From assembly GCA_963827235.1 (NCBI GenBank), contig CAWHAE010000014.1, positions 192,001 through 256,000 on the forward strand: DNA of 64,000 nucleotides. Reading direction: 5' to 3'. This DNA comes from an uncultured bacterium (GTDB lineage: Bacteria; Chloroflexota; UBA5177; JANWHV01). The position numbers and the translations under genes were made by a program. Shown piece after piece: positions 40,612 through 51,023 of the stretch (within the stretch, counting starts at the first letter, position 1; the number at the start of each line of letters is the position of its first letter). The notes beneath the pieces are model-generated. The model did not search any database. It was given only the letters and a program-made list of their open reading frames with translations, and had not been told where the DNA came from.

Positions 40612-41693
40612 ATGGCTGACTCACCAGGACCTACCGGACCTGCTTCCCAGCCGGTCGCCGGAGTGACGTCGCGCGGCCGCACCAGTTTCTCCGCCTGGCT
40701 GGCTGCACGAATCGACCTGGTACTCCGCCTTGGCCTCTTCCTGATCATCGTGATCGAGGCGGTCGTCTTCACCATCAAGACCATCCCGAGCGGGAGTATC
40801 TCCGATATCGGAACCTCCACATTCATCAGCGTCGGCAACCTGCAGGACATCGGCAGGCAGATGGCAGTGATCGGGGTCCTTGCGCTCGGCGAGACTTTCG
40901 TGATCATCACCGCCGGTATCGACCTCTCGGTGGGCTCCACGATCGGCATCACTGGGGTGATCTGCGGCGAGGCGATGACCAACGGCTGGCCCGCAGCCCT
41001 GGTGATAGTGATGGTCCTCCTCTTTGGCGTCGGCATCGGCCTGGTCAACGGCACTCTGGTGGGCGTGGCCAAGGTTCCCCCGTTTATCGTCACCCTGGGC
41101 ATGTTGGGCATCCTGCGCGGCGCAGCCTACCTGGTGACGGGAGGCATCAACCTGGCGCTCTCTCCCACCGGCGCGCCGACGCCGTTCACGGACTGGGTCG
41201 AGACCACGAATCTGGGCGTGCCAAACATCTTCGCCGTGCTGCGTCGTGCTGGGCATCGTCGCCGCCTGTTTCTTGCGCTACACGCGCCGCGGCCGCTATA
41301 TCTACGCCCTGGGCAGCAACCCCGAATCGGCACAGGCGAGCCGGCGTCAATGTGATCGCCACGATCCTGACCGTCTACGTGCTCAGCGCCGTGTTGGCGG
41401 CTGCGGCCGGCTTGCTGCTTACCGGCAGGCTGGGCACCGCCAATCCCAATGCGGGCTTGAGCTACGAGCTCGACGCCATATCCGCCTGCGTGCTTGGCGG
41501 CGCCAGCCTGTTCGGCGCGCGCGGCGGCATTGTCGGCACGTTCCTGGGCGTGGTGCTGGTGAACACACTGGCCAACGGCATCGACCTGATCGGTATCGAT
41601 CCGCACATGCAGCAGGTGATCGAAGGCGCTTTGCTGATCATGATCGTATGGCTGGACCAGTGGCGAAAGCAGCGCGTCGTCCTCGGGGAGTAG
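40612..41693 (+). CDS. Sugar ABC permease (RbsC-like), two frameshifts
   Basis: ITAGIDLSVG, VPPFIVTLG, GRYIYALGSN, YELDAISACVLGGASLFG in three successive frames (shifts near 41242 and 41333). Confidence 0.85.
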
Positions 41694-41782
41694 GCGGCTG
41701 CTCCGGGGAGCGAGAGCACGCTGCTGTGCGTTCGCTGGTACAGCCTGCGATCGTTCGCCGCTGTTGCGGCAGGGTGGGGACC

Positions 41783-42837
41783 GTGAAAGGCAGCGCCTCG
41801 GATCGACGACAGAAAACCGTCACCATCAGCGAGGTCGCTTCGCTGGCCGGCGTGTCGATCGCCACGGTGTCGCGTGTCCTGAACGGCGCCACGACCGTCG
41901 ATCCCGTGCTGGCCGGGCGGGTTCGCTCCGCCTGCGCCGAGCTGCAGCTATCAGCCGAACCGGGCCGCGCGCATGCTCGCCGGCCATCGATCCTCGCTTA
42001 TCGGTCTCCTGGTCACCGACATGCAGAACCCCTTCTTTATGGAGATGGCGCGTGGCGTCGAGGACGTTGCCCTGGAGAAAGGGTTTCTGGTAGCCCTCTG
42101 CAATTCGGCCGAGGACGCTCGACGCGAGCGCCGGTTCATCGAGGCACTGTGCGCCGAGGACATAGCCGGCGCCATCATCGTGCCCGCGAACGAGCGACAT
42201 ACACCGCTGCAGCTCTTCCTCAATCGCGGCATTCCCGTGGTCACGGTCGACCGCCGATCGCACCTCGACTCGGTGGACGCCGTGATAATCGACAACGTGT
42301 CTGCCGGCAAAGAAGCAGTGGCGCACCTGATCGCCAACGGCTATCGACGCATCGCCGTGATCGCCGGGCAGCAGACCAAGACGACTGGGCATGACCGCCT
42401 GAGGGGATACCAGCTTGCCCTGCAGGAAGCCGGTATCCCGCGAGAGCCTTCCTACGAGCGAGTCGGCACCTATGAGCAGGGCGTGAGCCGGCATATCGTC
42501 GGCGAGCTGCTGGCGGTCGGATCCGCCGCCGGAAGCGCTGTTCACGACAAACAATCGCATGACCATGGGAGCCCTGGAGGCGATTCACGAGCGCGGCCTG
42601 CACATTCCCGAGGACATCGCTATCGTCTGCGTGGACGAGCTCCCATGGGCCTCGCCGGTGGCGGTGCCCTTGACCGTCGTACGGCAGCCCGCCTACGAGA
42701 TCGGTAGCGCTGCCGCCATGCGTCTCGACCAGCGCATGCAGCATGGCGGGTCGGCATGACGCGCCAGGACATCGTCCTCGCCCACCAGTTCGTCGATCAG
42801 GGAGTCGTCGCGCCCGAAGGCGGCCGTCGCCCTCTGA
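41783..42837 (+). CDS. LacI family transcriptional regulator, multiply frameshifted
   Basis: TISEVASLAGVSIATVSRVLN HTH; YQPNRAAR, NPFF, IDN, IPEDIAIV, LTVVRQP, IRES across frames. Confidence 0.85.
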
Positions 42838-42985
42838 CTCCGGGCCTGACTGGCTCGAGCCCGAACCTGTCCGGCCGGCCGGCTGGGACGCTGAGCTTTC
42901 CGGCCTGTAAGCTCCCGGACCCTCTACGGTCGCCAGTCGCACGAGTGCCCCGGGGCCTCTGGCCGAATCCAAGCAAGTTGCACTG

Positions 42986-44060
42986 TTAGTGAAGCGCAGT
43001 GCCTCGTCAGGCCGCGCGATCTTGCCGTCGAGATCCCACAGATCCTCCCACGAGCGCGCGCCTCAGGCCAGAGAAAACCTGCCCTTTGATCAGCCGGCAG
43101 TTCCTGTCGATGGTGGCCAGCTCGGCCATCTCGCCCGCGGTCAGGGGCTCGGAGACGGCGGCCCTCAGATTGCCGAGATACTCGTTCGGTAAATCGAGAA
43201 CGGGATAGGAATCTGTCCCCGTTGCACGGCCCACTTGACACAGACGACCGCCGGGATGCACGTTCAGCCGCCGGCGATGCGCACGGACGACCGGGTCTTC
43301 GATGTCGACAGTGTCGGCTCGGATCTTGTCCCGATCCGGCCTGGTCGGTGATCCGATTGGGCTGAATCCGATGGGCACGATGCCGTTGTCCAGTCACGAA
43401 CTTGAACAGCTCGGGCTGCTGGAAATGGGGATGGAGCTCCATCTCGTTGCAGGCCGGCTTGACCGCGGCGTCCCTCAGCAGAAGCTTCAGCTTGGCGATC
43501 GACATGTTGGACGTGCCGATGTGGCGCACCAGTCCGCGCGAGACGAGTGCCTCCATCTGTCGCCAGGTGGCCATGAACTCCTCGTGTACGTATGGCCGGG
43601 CGTGCGGATCGCGCGAGCTCACGTCAACGCCCGGCGCGTGAGCATTGGGAAACGGCCAGTGCACGAGGTAAGGTCCAGGTAGTCGAGCCCCAGGTCCTTG
43701 AGCGACTGCTCGCAGGCGGGAATCACGTCCTTCGCCGCGTGCTTGTCGTTCCAGAGCTTGGAGGTGATCCAGAGATCCTCCCGCGGCAGTCCCGCACGCA
43801 TGGCAGCCGGCCAGCGCTTCGCCGATTATGGCCTCGTTCAGGTACACAGCCGCACAATCAATATGCCGGTAACCTACCTCGATAGCACCCTTGACCGCCT
43901 CGCCAACGGCCTCGAGTGGAAAGCGGTCCGAGGCAAAAGTGCCGAGTCCGATGGCCGGGATGCTTGGCGCCGGTCCAGGTCGAGCGCTGAGGAACAAGCC
44001 GCGGGATCCACGCCGTCCGGCGCTCCGGCGAACGTCTGGGAGGGTTGTCGATGCTGGCAT
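42986..44060 (-). CDS. Aldo/keto reductase, multiply frameshifted
   Basis: IPAIGLGTF, GYRHIDCAAVY, REDLWITSKLWN, YLVHWP, IGTSN, NEMELHP; AGGAGG RBS; 3' end approximate. Confidence 0.82.
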
Positions 44061-44076
44061 CTGCTGACCTCCTGCG

Positions 44077-45131
44077 TCACTCCCAGACGATGGCGACTTT
44101 ACCCGTCTTGCCCTAGATCGAATAGCTCGTACGCCTCACGTGCCTGGTCGAGGCGTGAACTTGTGCGTCACCAGATCGGTCGGGATGCAGTCCCCAGCGC
44201 ACCAGATGCTCGACCAGGTCGATCATCTGCGGCATGCTGCACACCCAGGATCCGTGCAGCGTGATCTGCTTGTGGATGAGCAGTCGGGCTGGGCGCGAAC
44301 TCCACAAGTCCGCCTTCGCCGACGTAGACGACCCGTCCCCACTCGCGCGCGACTTCCAGACACAGGCGCCGCGCAATGGCGTTGCCGGAGCAGTCGATGC
44401 CGACCTCATACCCGCGTCCGCTCGTCTCCTTGAGCAGAGCCGCTTCAGGTCGTTTGCCTCCTGCGGCGCAACCACCGTGCACACCTGTAGCTGCTCGGCC
44501 AGGGCAGCGCCGTTCAGGCATGGTGTCGGTACCTACCACGCGGGCGCCCATGGCCTGGCAGAGCATGGCGACCGCGAGGCCGACCGGTCCGAGGCCCGGT
44601 CACGAGCACGGTGTCCCGCCCGGACACGCCGGCGCGAAGACAGGCTGCATAGGCGGTGCCGAGTCCGCAGGCCACCATGGCGCCGTCAAGATAGCTGAGC
44701 TCGTCAGGCAGCGCCACCAGTGTGCGCTCCTCGGCCAGAAGGAATTCGGCATGCCCGCCGTCGCGCTGCCAGCCATAGGCGGCGCGCGTATCGCTCGTGC
44801 AGCTTATCTGCCAGCCACCCTGGCAATCCGGGCACAGTCCGCAGCCCGCGATGTGGTACATCACCACGCGGTCACCCGCATGAAACCTGGTCACGCCGGG
44901 CCCCACCTGCTCGATCACGCCGCAGGGCTCGTGGCCGGCGATCACACCGCGGTACGCCTCGGGACCGCTGCCCTGGTCTGTCGGCCTGTAGATGGCCCGC
45001 AGATCGCTGCCGCAGAGCGACGACGCCTTCATCCGCACCAATGCCTGGCCCGGACCGGGGGTGGGCACGGGAAACTCGCGAAACTCCAGTCGGCGGTTAC
45101 CGGGAAGGACCACGCCTTTCATGGTTGCCAT
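44077..45131 (-). CDS. Zinc-binding (MDR) alcohol/polyol dehydrogenase, multiply frameshifted
   Basis: [18 protein letters not shown]...[20 protein letters not shown] stop. Confidence 0.85.
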
Positions 45132-45205
45132 TGCTCATCCTTCTTCCGTGAAATACAGTGCAGACACCTTGAACTTGTACCAATCACTCGACCACCGCAG
45201 CGATG

Positions 45206-45979
45206 CTACCAGGCTGTGTACCCGCCGTCGATAACCAACGAGTGTCCGGTCATGTAGGAGGACGCATCCGATGCCAGGAAGACGACGGCGCCCCGCAGCT
45301 CTCGCGGCTCGCCCATGCGACCCAGAGGGATGAGGTGCTCCCAGGTTTCGAGCAGTCCGGGCTTGCCGGCCAGCACCTGGTCAGTGATCGCCGTCCGCAT
45401 GTAGCCCGGAGACAGCGCGTTGACCCGCACGCCGTACGGCGCCCACTCCGCAGCCAGGCTCTTGGCAAGCATGATCACCCCGCCCTTGGACGTGTTGTAC
45501 GACGCCTGTTTCTGCGGAGTGTTCACGATCACGCCGGACATAGAAGCGATGAGCACGATGCTGCCGGTCCGGCGCTTGATCATGGAGCGCCCAACCGCCT
45601 GTGCGGAGAAGAACACGCCGTTGACGTTGACGTCCAGCACCTTGCGCCAGGTGTCGGCCGTCGAGTTCTCGGCCGCCTCGCCGATCACGATGCCGGCCGA
45701 AGCGACCAGAATGTCAATCGGTCCGAATTCTTTCTCTACCTCGGCGACGATAGCGTGCGTCCTGTCGTAGTCGGTCACGTCGAGCGCGCGGGCGCCCCAA
45801 CGCACTCCATGCCGCCTGCCTACTTCCTCGGCCGCCGAGCGGGCCTGGTCTGCGAGAAGGTCCAGGGCAACCACGGAGGCGCCGGCCTGAGCCAGGGCAT
45901 CCATCATCTCCAACCCCAGCCCACGCGCGCCGCCCGTGACCACCGCCAGTCTATTCTGCAGGGAAAACTCCGGTAACAT
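45206..45979 (-). CDS. SDR polyol dehydrogenase / ketose reductase (arabitol/mannitol/sorbose reductase-like)
   Basis: TGGARGLG, SMSGVIVNTPQKQASYNTSK, SPGYMRT; GAGGAG RBS. Confidence 0.85.
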   Translation of the reverse strand: MLPEFSLQNRLAVVTGGARGLGLEMMDALAQAGASVVALDLLADQARSAAEEVGRRHGVRWGARALDVTDYDRTHAIVAEVEKEFGPIDILVASAGIVIGEAAENSTADTWRKVLDVNVNGVFFSAQAVGRSMIKRRTGSIVLIASMSGVIVNTPQKQASYNTSKGGVIMLAKSLAAEWAPYGVRVNALSPGYMRTAITDQVLAGKPGLLETWEHLIPLGRMGEPRELRGAVVFLASDASSYMTGHSLVIDGGYTAW

Positions 45980-46050
45980 TGTGCTCTCCTCCTCGTTGAG
46001 CCGGGACCGCACACCTCGCTCGTGCGCGGCCCGGCAAGACCGTGCGAAAC

Positions 46051-47868
46051 TTATCGCCTTCCGTACAACGGTCCGAAGGCATCACAGGCGCGGAAGTCGG
46101 CCCCTTCCAAATCGCTCGTTCCGAAGGAAGACCACGTGCTCGGACGGAAGATGCGATCTTCCTCGACGTTGTGCATGAATATCGGAATGCGCAACATCGA
46201 GGCCAGCGTCAGCAGCTCAGATCCGATGTGGCCGTAACTGAAGGCGCCATGGTTGGCACCCCAGTTGTTCATCACTGAATACACATCCCTGAAAGCACCT
46301 CTGCCGGTGAGCCGCGGTGCGAACCACGTGGTGGGCCAGGTGATATTCGTGCGCTCGTCGATGGCGTCCTGCACGTTCTTCGGCAGCTCTACCGTTTGCC
46401 CTTCCGCGATCTGGAGCACGGGTCCAAGACCATGGACGAGATTGACCCGAGACATGGTAATCGGCATGCCGCCTCGCGTCACGAATTTCGAGGAATAGCC
46501 GCCGCCGCGGAAGTACTCGGTCATTCCCGGGTGCCAGGTGGTGGCGGCCAGGCATGCAACCGCCTCTTCGTTAGTGATCTGCCAGAACGGCTTCATGGCG
46601 GGGCGGCCGTCGACTTCCTGCCTGCCCGATCCGTCGAGCGCAGCTGCTCCCGAGTTGATCAGGTGGATGAGCCCTCCCGCGGCGTCACCCGACAGCTCGT
46701 AGCCTGTCGCTTTCTTCACTGCATCGGGGCTCCAGTAGGTTCGTACGTCGGCAAACACCTGGGCAGTGCCGGTAAGCAGGTGCCCGAAAAGCATAGACGT
46801 GGCATTCAAGCTGTCGTTCTCGGTCGCCATCACGAACGGCTGCCTGATGCCGTTCCAATCGAACGAGGAGCACAGCATGGCCTCCATGAAGTCGCCGTTC
46901 GGCAGATGGTCCGTCCACTGGCGCTGTCCCTGGAAGCCGGCGGCAATCGCGTTGCGGCCCAAGGCCTCTTCGCCATAACCCAGCTCGGCCAGGCGCGGAT
47001 TGCCGATCATCAGGTCGCGCGCTATCATGGCCATCTTGACCGACCACTCCCAGGCGCGCCGGTTGGCCTCCGGCGAGAGCCGGTCGGACTCGACGTTGTA
47101 GTCCTGGCCCTCCGGGCAGTTCTCCTTCACCCAGGCGGCGGCGCGACGGAATTCCTCGTCGTCGAAAATCCCGCGCTCGATGCGCCGAACGAACTCGACC
47201 ATGTCCACGGTCTCCACGCGCATGCCGAGGTATTGCTCGAAGAACTCATGGCTGACGCGTGATCCGGCGATGCCCATCGCCACGTTGCCCAGCGAGAGAT
47301 AGGACTTGCCGCGCATCGTGGCCACCGCCAGGCCCGACTGCACGAAGCGCAACATCTTCTCGCGGACGTCGGCCGGGATACTGGCGTCTCCAAGGCTTTG
47401 CACGTCTCTCCCGTAAATGCCGAAGGCCGGCAGACCCTTCTGCGAATGGCCGGCCAGCACGGCAGCGAGATAGACCGCGCCGGGCCGCTCCGTGCCGTTG
47501 AAGCCCCAGACAGCCTTGGGAACCAACGGGTCCATGTCCATAGTCTCGGAACCGTAGCACCAGCACGGCGAGACAGTCAGCGAAACGCCGACACCGGCGC
47601 GGGCGAACTTGTCCGCGGCTTGGGCAGCCTCGGCCACACCACCTATGCAGGTGTCGGCAATAATGCACTCGACAGGCTCGCCGGATGGGTAGCGCAGGTT
47701 ATCGCTAATCAGGCGGGCTGCCTCGCGCGCCATGCCCATCGTGGGCTCCTCCAGCGACTCGCGCACGCCGCGCCGGCGCCCATCGATAGCCGGGCGAATA
47801 CCCACCTTGGGCAGACCGCCGATCAGCCGATTCGAACTCGAGCCAACTTGACTTCCACCGCTGCTCAT
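46051..47868 (-). CDS. fucI: L-fucose (D-arabinose) isomerase
   Basis: [66 protein letters not shown]. Confidence 0.96.
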   Translation of the reverse strand: MSSGGSQVGSSSNRLIGGLPKVGIRPAIDGRRRGVRESLEEPTMGMAREAARLISDNLRYPSGEPVECIIADTCIGGVAEAAQAADKFARAGVGVSLTVSPCWCYGSETMDMDPLVPKAVWGFNGTERPGAVYLAAVLAGHSQKGLPAFGIYGRDVQSLGDASIPADVREKMLRFVQSGLAVATMRGKSYLSLGNVAMGIAGSRVSHEFFEQYLGMRVETVDMVEFVRRIERGIFDDEEFRRAAAWVKENCPEGQDYNVESDRLSPEANRRAWEWSVKMAMIARDLMIGNPRLAELGYGEEALGRNAIAAGFQGQRQWTDHLPNGDFMEAMLCSSFDWNGIRQPFVMATENDSLNATSMLFGHLLTGTAQVFADVRTYWSPDAVKKATGYELSGDAAGGLIHLINSGAAALDGSGRQEVDGRPAMKPFWQITNEEAVACLAATTWHPGMTEYFRGGGYSSKFVTRGGMPITMSRVNLVHGLGPVLQIAEGQTVELPKNVQDAIDERTNITWPTTWFAPRLTGRGAFRDVYSVMNNWGANHGAFSYGHIGSELLTLASMLRIPIFMHNVEEDRIFRPSTWSSFGTSDLEGADFRACDAFGPLYGRR

Positions 47869-48233
47869 GTCACCAACCCCCCTGTATACAGTAGACAGAC
47901 CCCAAATGCATGCCACTGGCGGTCATGCATGCCACTCTCGTCGCAGATGCAGGCTCTCCGCGGTCTGGCGCGGGCGAGTTGTCTCGCGGCCGCGGCGACC
48001 GCCGGTCTTCGCCTGCGGACCTGAGATGGCCCCACCAGGTGCAGCCATGCCGCCCTGCAAGGTGTGACCGGACTGCGGATAGCGCCCAGCGCTTGCCTCC
48101 GGTAGCGCGGTCATTGACCGCTCGACCGGGAACGACTCCAGCGACGGCGTGCCCACCGGGCAGACCTCGAAGGCCGACAGACTTGCATGCTCGGCGCCAC
48201 CACAGATACTTGCCATGGCCACCCACGCGGGTC

Positions 48234-48304
48234 AGAAAACGCTTTCTCGGAACTCGACCAAGGTCGAGTCTATAGCGTGAGAGCCCCCCATGTCAATCGA
48301 TTCA
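48234..48304. promoter_or_regulatory. LacI-type operators in the fucI / HAD-kinase divergent region
   Basis: AGAAAACGCTTTCT (48234-48247) resembles the 39175 site; weaker TGTCAATCGATTCA at 48291-48304. Confidence 0.6.
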
Positions 48305-48450
48305 GCTGCCGCGCCTGCTTCAGTCGCGCCCTGCCATACTCCTCCGGGCGTCGCGTCGTGTACGATGAATCTGATGCGCAAGCCAGCATCAGACTTGTTC
48401 GGCGTGATCCACCGGGTAGAGTTCCCGGGCAGACGGTCAAAGGAGGTTCA

Positions 48451-49221
48451 ATGGACGCCTCGCATCTCAAGAACTTCCTGATCGACATGGACGGCGTGCT
48501 GGTCTCGGGTGAGACGGTGGTCCCCGGGGCGCCCGAGTTCATCGCACGCCTCGCGGACAGGAACGCAAGGTTTCTCGTACTGACCAACAACTCGCTGTTC
48601 ACTGCTCGAGACCTCCGCGCTCGCATGCTCCGCATCGGTCTCGACATTCCTGAAACCTCTATCTATACCTCTGCCATGGCTACCGCGCGGTTCTTGCACG
48701 CTCAGCACCCGCACGGCACGGCCTACGTGCTCGGCGAGTCCGGGCTGACCACCGCGCTGCACGACATAGGCTATACTCTCGTTGACAGCAAGCCTGACTA
48801 TGTCGTGGTAGGCGAAACCCATTCCTACTCCTTCGAGCGCATCACCAGAGCGGTGCAACTCGTGTCGGCAGGCTCTCTTTTCATCGCCACCAATCCCGAC
48901 GTGGCAGGGCCGGGAACCTGGGGCGTCGTTCCCGCCACTGGTGCCGTCGCCGCGCTGATCTCGAGCGCCACCGGTCGCAGACCGTACTTCATCGGCAAGC
49001 CGAATCCGCTCATGATGCGAACCGCCCTCAACGCCATCGACGCCCACTCGGAAGAGTCGGCTATGATCGGCGACAACATGGACACCGACATCATCGCCGG
49101 GGTGGAGAGCGGCATGGAGACCATTCTCGTGCTCTCCGGTATCACGGCCCGTCCCGCGATCGGCCAGTTCCCGTATCGTCCGACCCACGTCGTGGACTCC
49201 GTAGCAGACATCTTCCCTTGA
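48451..49221 (+). CDS. HAD-IIA hydrolase (NagD-like)
   Basis: AGGAGG RBS; DMDGVL, LTNN, ATNPD, GKPNP, GDNMDTD. Confidence 0.92.
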   Translation: MDASHLKNFLIDMDGVLVSGETVVPGAPEFIARLADRNARFLVLTNNSLFTARDLRARMLRIGLDIPETSIYTSAMATARFLHAQHPHGTAYVLGESGLTTALHDIGYTLVDSKPDYVVVGETHSYSFERITRAVQLVSAGSLFIATNPDVAGPGTWGVVPATGAVAALISSATGRRPYFIGKPNPLMMRTALNAIDAHSEESAMIGDNMDTDIIAGVESGMETILVLSGITARPAIGQFPYRPTHVVDSVADIFP

Positions 49222-49308
49222 CAGGATCGGTTGGCTGGACCCCCCTTGGTCGGCCGGCGTCGCAACCGGAGGATGGGTGGTCGAAGGGCGCGGCAATGGA
49301 GGTGGACG

Positions 49309-50853
49309 ATGAGCTTCGTGCTTGCACACGACCTCGGCACGACCGGCAACAAATCGACACTCTATGACGAGTCCGGGGCTCTTCGGGGCTCCGCCTTCGG
49401 CGCCTACGATACCAGCTATCCGTACGCCGGTTGGGCTGAGCAGGATCCCGAGGATTGGTGGCACGCACTGTGCGGCGCCACCCGGAGACTGCTCGACGAG
49501 ACCGCCGTCTCACCGAGTGACATCGTCTGCGTAAGCTTCAGCGGGCAGATGCAGGGGCTCGTCCCCGTGGACCGCCGCGGCCGTCCGCTGCGCAAGGCGA
49601 TCATCTGGGCGGACCATCGGGCAACCGAGATGATCGCGGACATCGACGCACGCCGTGTCTACCAGCTATCCGGCCACCGTTTGAGCGCCTCCTACACCGC
49701 CGCCAAGGCGCGCTGGCTGCAAAGGTATGAGCCGGACGTCGCGGTCCAATCGGCGGCCTACTTGCAGGCCAAGGACGCCATGGTAGCGAGGCTCGCCGGT
49801 GTATTCGCCACCGATCAATCGGATGCTTCCGGCACGAATCTGAATGATATCGTTGCGGGCGGGTGGTGCCCCGAGCTGCTGGATCTGTTCCACGTGCCTG
49901 CCGAGAAGCTGCCCACTATCTACTCGTCGACCACGGTCGTAGGTGAGATCCTGCCGGAGGCAGCCGCGGAAACGGGACTACTCGCCGGCACGCCGGTGGT
50001 AATCGGCGGCGGAGACGGCTCGTGCGCGGCCGCCGGGGCAGGAGCCGTCGAACCCGGCGACGCTTACATGTATATCGGATCCTCGTCCTGGATCATGGCT
50101 GCCTCTGACAGGCCGAGCTGGGATGCCGAGATGCGAACCGTCACGTGGGCACACGTCGTGCCCGGGCTCTACGTGGTCGGAGGGGCCATGCAGGCGGGAG
50201 GCGCTTCCTACCAGTGGGCTCGCAATGAGCTGGCTCGCGACCTGCGAGAGGCTGCCGAGCGATCCGGCTCGTCGACCTTCGACTTGCTGAACGAGGAGGC
50301 GGGCTCGTCGCCACCTGGCGCTCGTGGCGCCATCTTCTTGCCCTATCTGCTCGGTGAAAGAAGTCCCCGCTGGAATCCGCACGCCCGAGCAGCGTTCTTC
50401 GGCATCACCATGCGCCACCGGCGCGCCGACCTGGCGCGCGCCGTGCTGGAGGGCGTGGCGTTCAATCTTCGCGCTATTCACGATGCGCTCGTGAGCCAGG
50501 GGGTGTCGATAGACAGCCTGCGCGCGATCGGCGGTGGCGCGCAGAGCGTGCTCTGGAGCGAGATACTGGCCGACGTGCTGGATTTGCCAATCCACGTGCT
50601 GGCGATTCAGGAGGAAGCCACCTCGATGGGAGCTGCCCTCGCCGGAGGGATCGGAGTCGGCATGTGGCGCGACTTTGACCAGATACGCGAGATGGCGCGT
50701 GTCGAGCGGATTGTCGCGCCGAGACCCGATAGAAGACAGCTCTACGACAGACTCTATGGTCTGTTTGACCGGCTGTACGCGGTATTGCAGGCCGAGGGGC
50801 TCTTTGACGAGTTGGCCGCTCTCGACGCTGTCCCCGGGGACGGTGGCGCATAG
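49309..50853 (+). CDS. xylB: FGGY carbohydrate kinase (xylulokinase-like)
   Basis: HDLGTT, AEQDPEDWW, FSGQMQG, IWADHR, SDASGT, PYLLGERSP, GGGA. Confidence 0.82.
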   Translation: MSFVLAHDLGTTGNKSTLYDESGALRGSAFGAYDTSYPYAGWAEQDPEDWWHALCGATRRLLDETAVSPSDIVCVSFSGQMQGLVPVDRRGRPLRKAIIWADHRATEMIADIDARRVYQLSGHRLSASYTAAKARWLQRYEPDVAVQSAAYLQAKDAMVARLAGVFATDQSDASGTNLNDIVAGGWCPELLDLFHVPAEKLPTIYSSTTVVGEILPEAAAETGLLAGTPVVIGGGDGSCAAAGAGAVEPGDAYMYIGSSSWIMAASDRPSWDAEMRTVTWAHVVPGLYVVGGAMQAGGASYQWARNELARDLREAAERSGSSTFDLLNEEAGSSPPGARGAIFLPYLLGERSPRWNPHARAAFFGITMRHRRADLARAVLEGVAFNLRAIHDALVSQGVSIDSLRAIGGGAQSVLWSEILADVLDLPIHVLAIQEEATSMGAALAGGIGVGMWRDFDQIREMARVERIVAPRPDRRQLYDRLYGLFDRLYAVLQAEGLFDELAALDAVPGDGGA

Positions 50854-50938
50854 GGGACAGCCGGCGCCGGAACTCAGCCGCACCCGAACCGGCATCCGAT
50901 TGGCACACGCCGCACCTGATAAGCCAAGGGTTCTGGCA

Positions 50939-50967
50939 TTGCTTTATTAGAACGTATGTACTAATAT
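50939..50967 (+). promoter_or_regulatory. LexA (SOS) box inside a sigma70 promoter
   Basis: AGAAC-GTAT-GTACT (50949-50962) with palindromic flanks TATTAG/CTAATA, within TTGCTT-N17-TAATAT. Confidence 0.75.
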
Positions 50968-51023
50968 TATTGAGCGCTGACATTATGTCGTATTGGGACG
51001 CGACTCACGAGCTTGGAGCGACG

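Noticed and set aside
41246-42394. 382-aa ORF appearing to fuse permease and LacI HTH sequence
   Set aside because: Produced by frameshifts in two adjacent genes; not a real fusion
47923-48226. Short ORFs in the fucI-HAD intergenic region
   Set aside because: No clear RBS or recognisable protein features; the region contains operator sites and is better explained as regulatory
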